DNA of 20,959 nucleotides from contig NW_021824717.1 of the NCBI RefSeq assembly GCF_006345805.1, positions 1 through 20,959 on the forward strand. Reading direction: 5' to 3'. This document shows, one piece after another, positions 20,193 to 20,959 of this stretch (position 1 is its first letter; every line of letters starts with the position of its first letter). This DNA comes from Octopus sinensis. Taxonomy: Eukaryota. The notes under the pieces are model-generated. The model saw nothing but the letters and a program-made list of their open reading frames with translations. It ran no database searches and had not been told where the DNA came from. The position numbers and the translations under genes were made by a program.

Positions 20193-20429
20193 AGACTTAA
20201 CTTGCAGCCACGGCTATATAAATAAATAGTTTTATTGTAGCTGTGGTTTCCTGTCTGTTGCACCATCTCATCTTCTAATTTGTAAACACTCTTTATCCCT
20301 CAAGAAGCTTACAGTACTTCCACAAATCTAACCTACCACCTTGCCGTCATTCCTTACAATACATACTTATTGTATAATACTACAACCCTTCTTTATCCCT
20401 CGCCTCCCACAACGATGCGTCATTAACAT

Positions 20430-20959
20430 GCAATCCTCACAACCAAAGCTTCACTGACTTGGTGAACAAAGTCCGCGAAAACATACTCCAATGGTGGGGA
20501 TACAAATCTAAAGGACTTCAAAGCATAGAGTAAAAGAAACATCTTATCAAGCAACAACGAATCTCTCTCGTTGCCAAGAAGTTAACGCACTAAAACTTTG
20601 AAAATCGCGACTACTGCTTCGGTTTTCACCATCGCTGACAATCTATGTTGGTGGTGCTCTTCAGTATTAGAAAATATTCAGTCTGAAACATACTAACCAC
20701 CTCCACAAATGCCAATGAAATATTCTTTGCAGCACTGCTCTCACCCATAAGCAGCGCAGCTGTTACACGTAGAATATCTTAGAACACATCTAAACATCTA
20801 AGACACTCTACTCATGAGCCACTCACAAGCCGCTACTAAGTTCACTCCAATATCTGACCCACAGATATATTTCATCTCTACCTGCGTTTTCTATAACATT
20901 ATTCCAATGAACTTAACTCGTTAAAACTTCCTGTTTGTATCACCCCTCCATTAGCCCAC
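20430..20959 (+). mobile_element. Possible old LINE-derived coding remnant
   Basis: A/C-rich strand with a mostly open but stop-interrupted frame (ADNLCWWCSS...PPPQMPMKYSLQHCSHP*...YFISTCVFYNIIPMNL), reminiscent of LINE C-terminal regions. No diagnostic RT motif seen. Confidence 0.3.

Overview
AT-rich, microsatellite-dense animal genomic DNA. The tRNA-derived SINE family present matches what I recognise from octopus/cephalopod genomes, so the organism is an inference, not a database result. Most short ORFs in the track are translated microsatellites. Supported content: (1) three copies of a tRNA-head SINE; (2) LINE 3' fragments (RTE-like twice, in a near-perfect tail-to-tail inverted duplication around a (TA)n tract; CR1/L2-like once); (3) two distinct Penelope-like element (PLE) lineages, namely a decayed RT+GIY-YIG copy at 3650-4870 (+) and a 5'-truncated, Asn-expanded GIY-YIG copy (-) inside a ~3.17-kb unit that is tandemly duplicated (6164-9236 / 9339-12398); (4) five well-formed type I hammerhead ribozyme (HHR) motifs plus one core variant, including a ~520-bp module that carries two different HHRs of opposite polarity in each tandem unit; (5) a 343-bp fold-back MITE-like palindrome; (6) one probable host gene, an intron-free secreted or surface protein with about six sushi/CCP modules and a possible SRCR-like C-terminal domain (15407->~13733, -), whose frameshifts look like homopolymer sequencing errors. 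The most unusual item is the opposite-polarity HHR module, which would cut read-through RNA of either strand into ~3.18-kb unit-length pieces.
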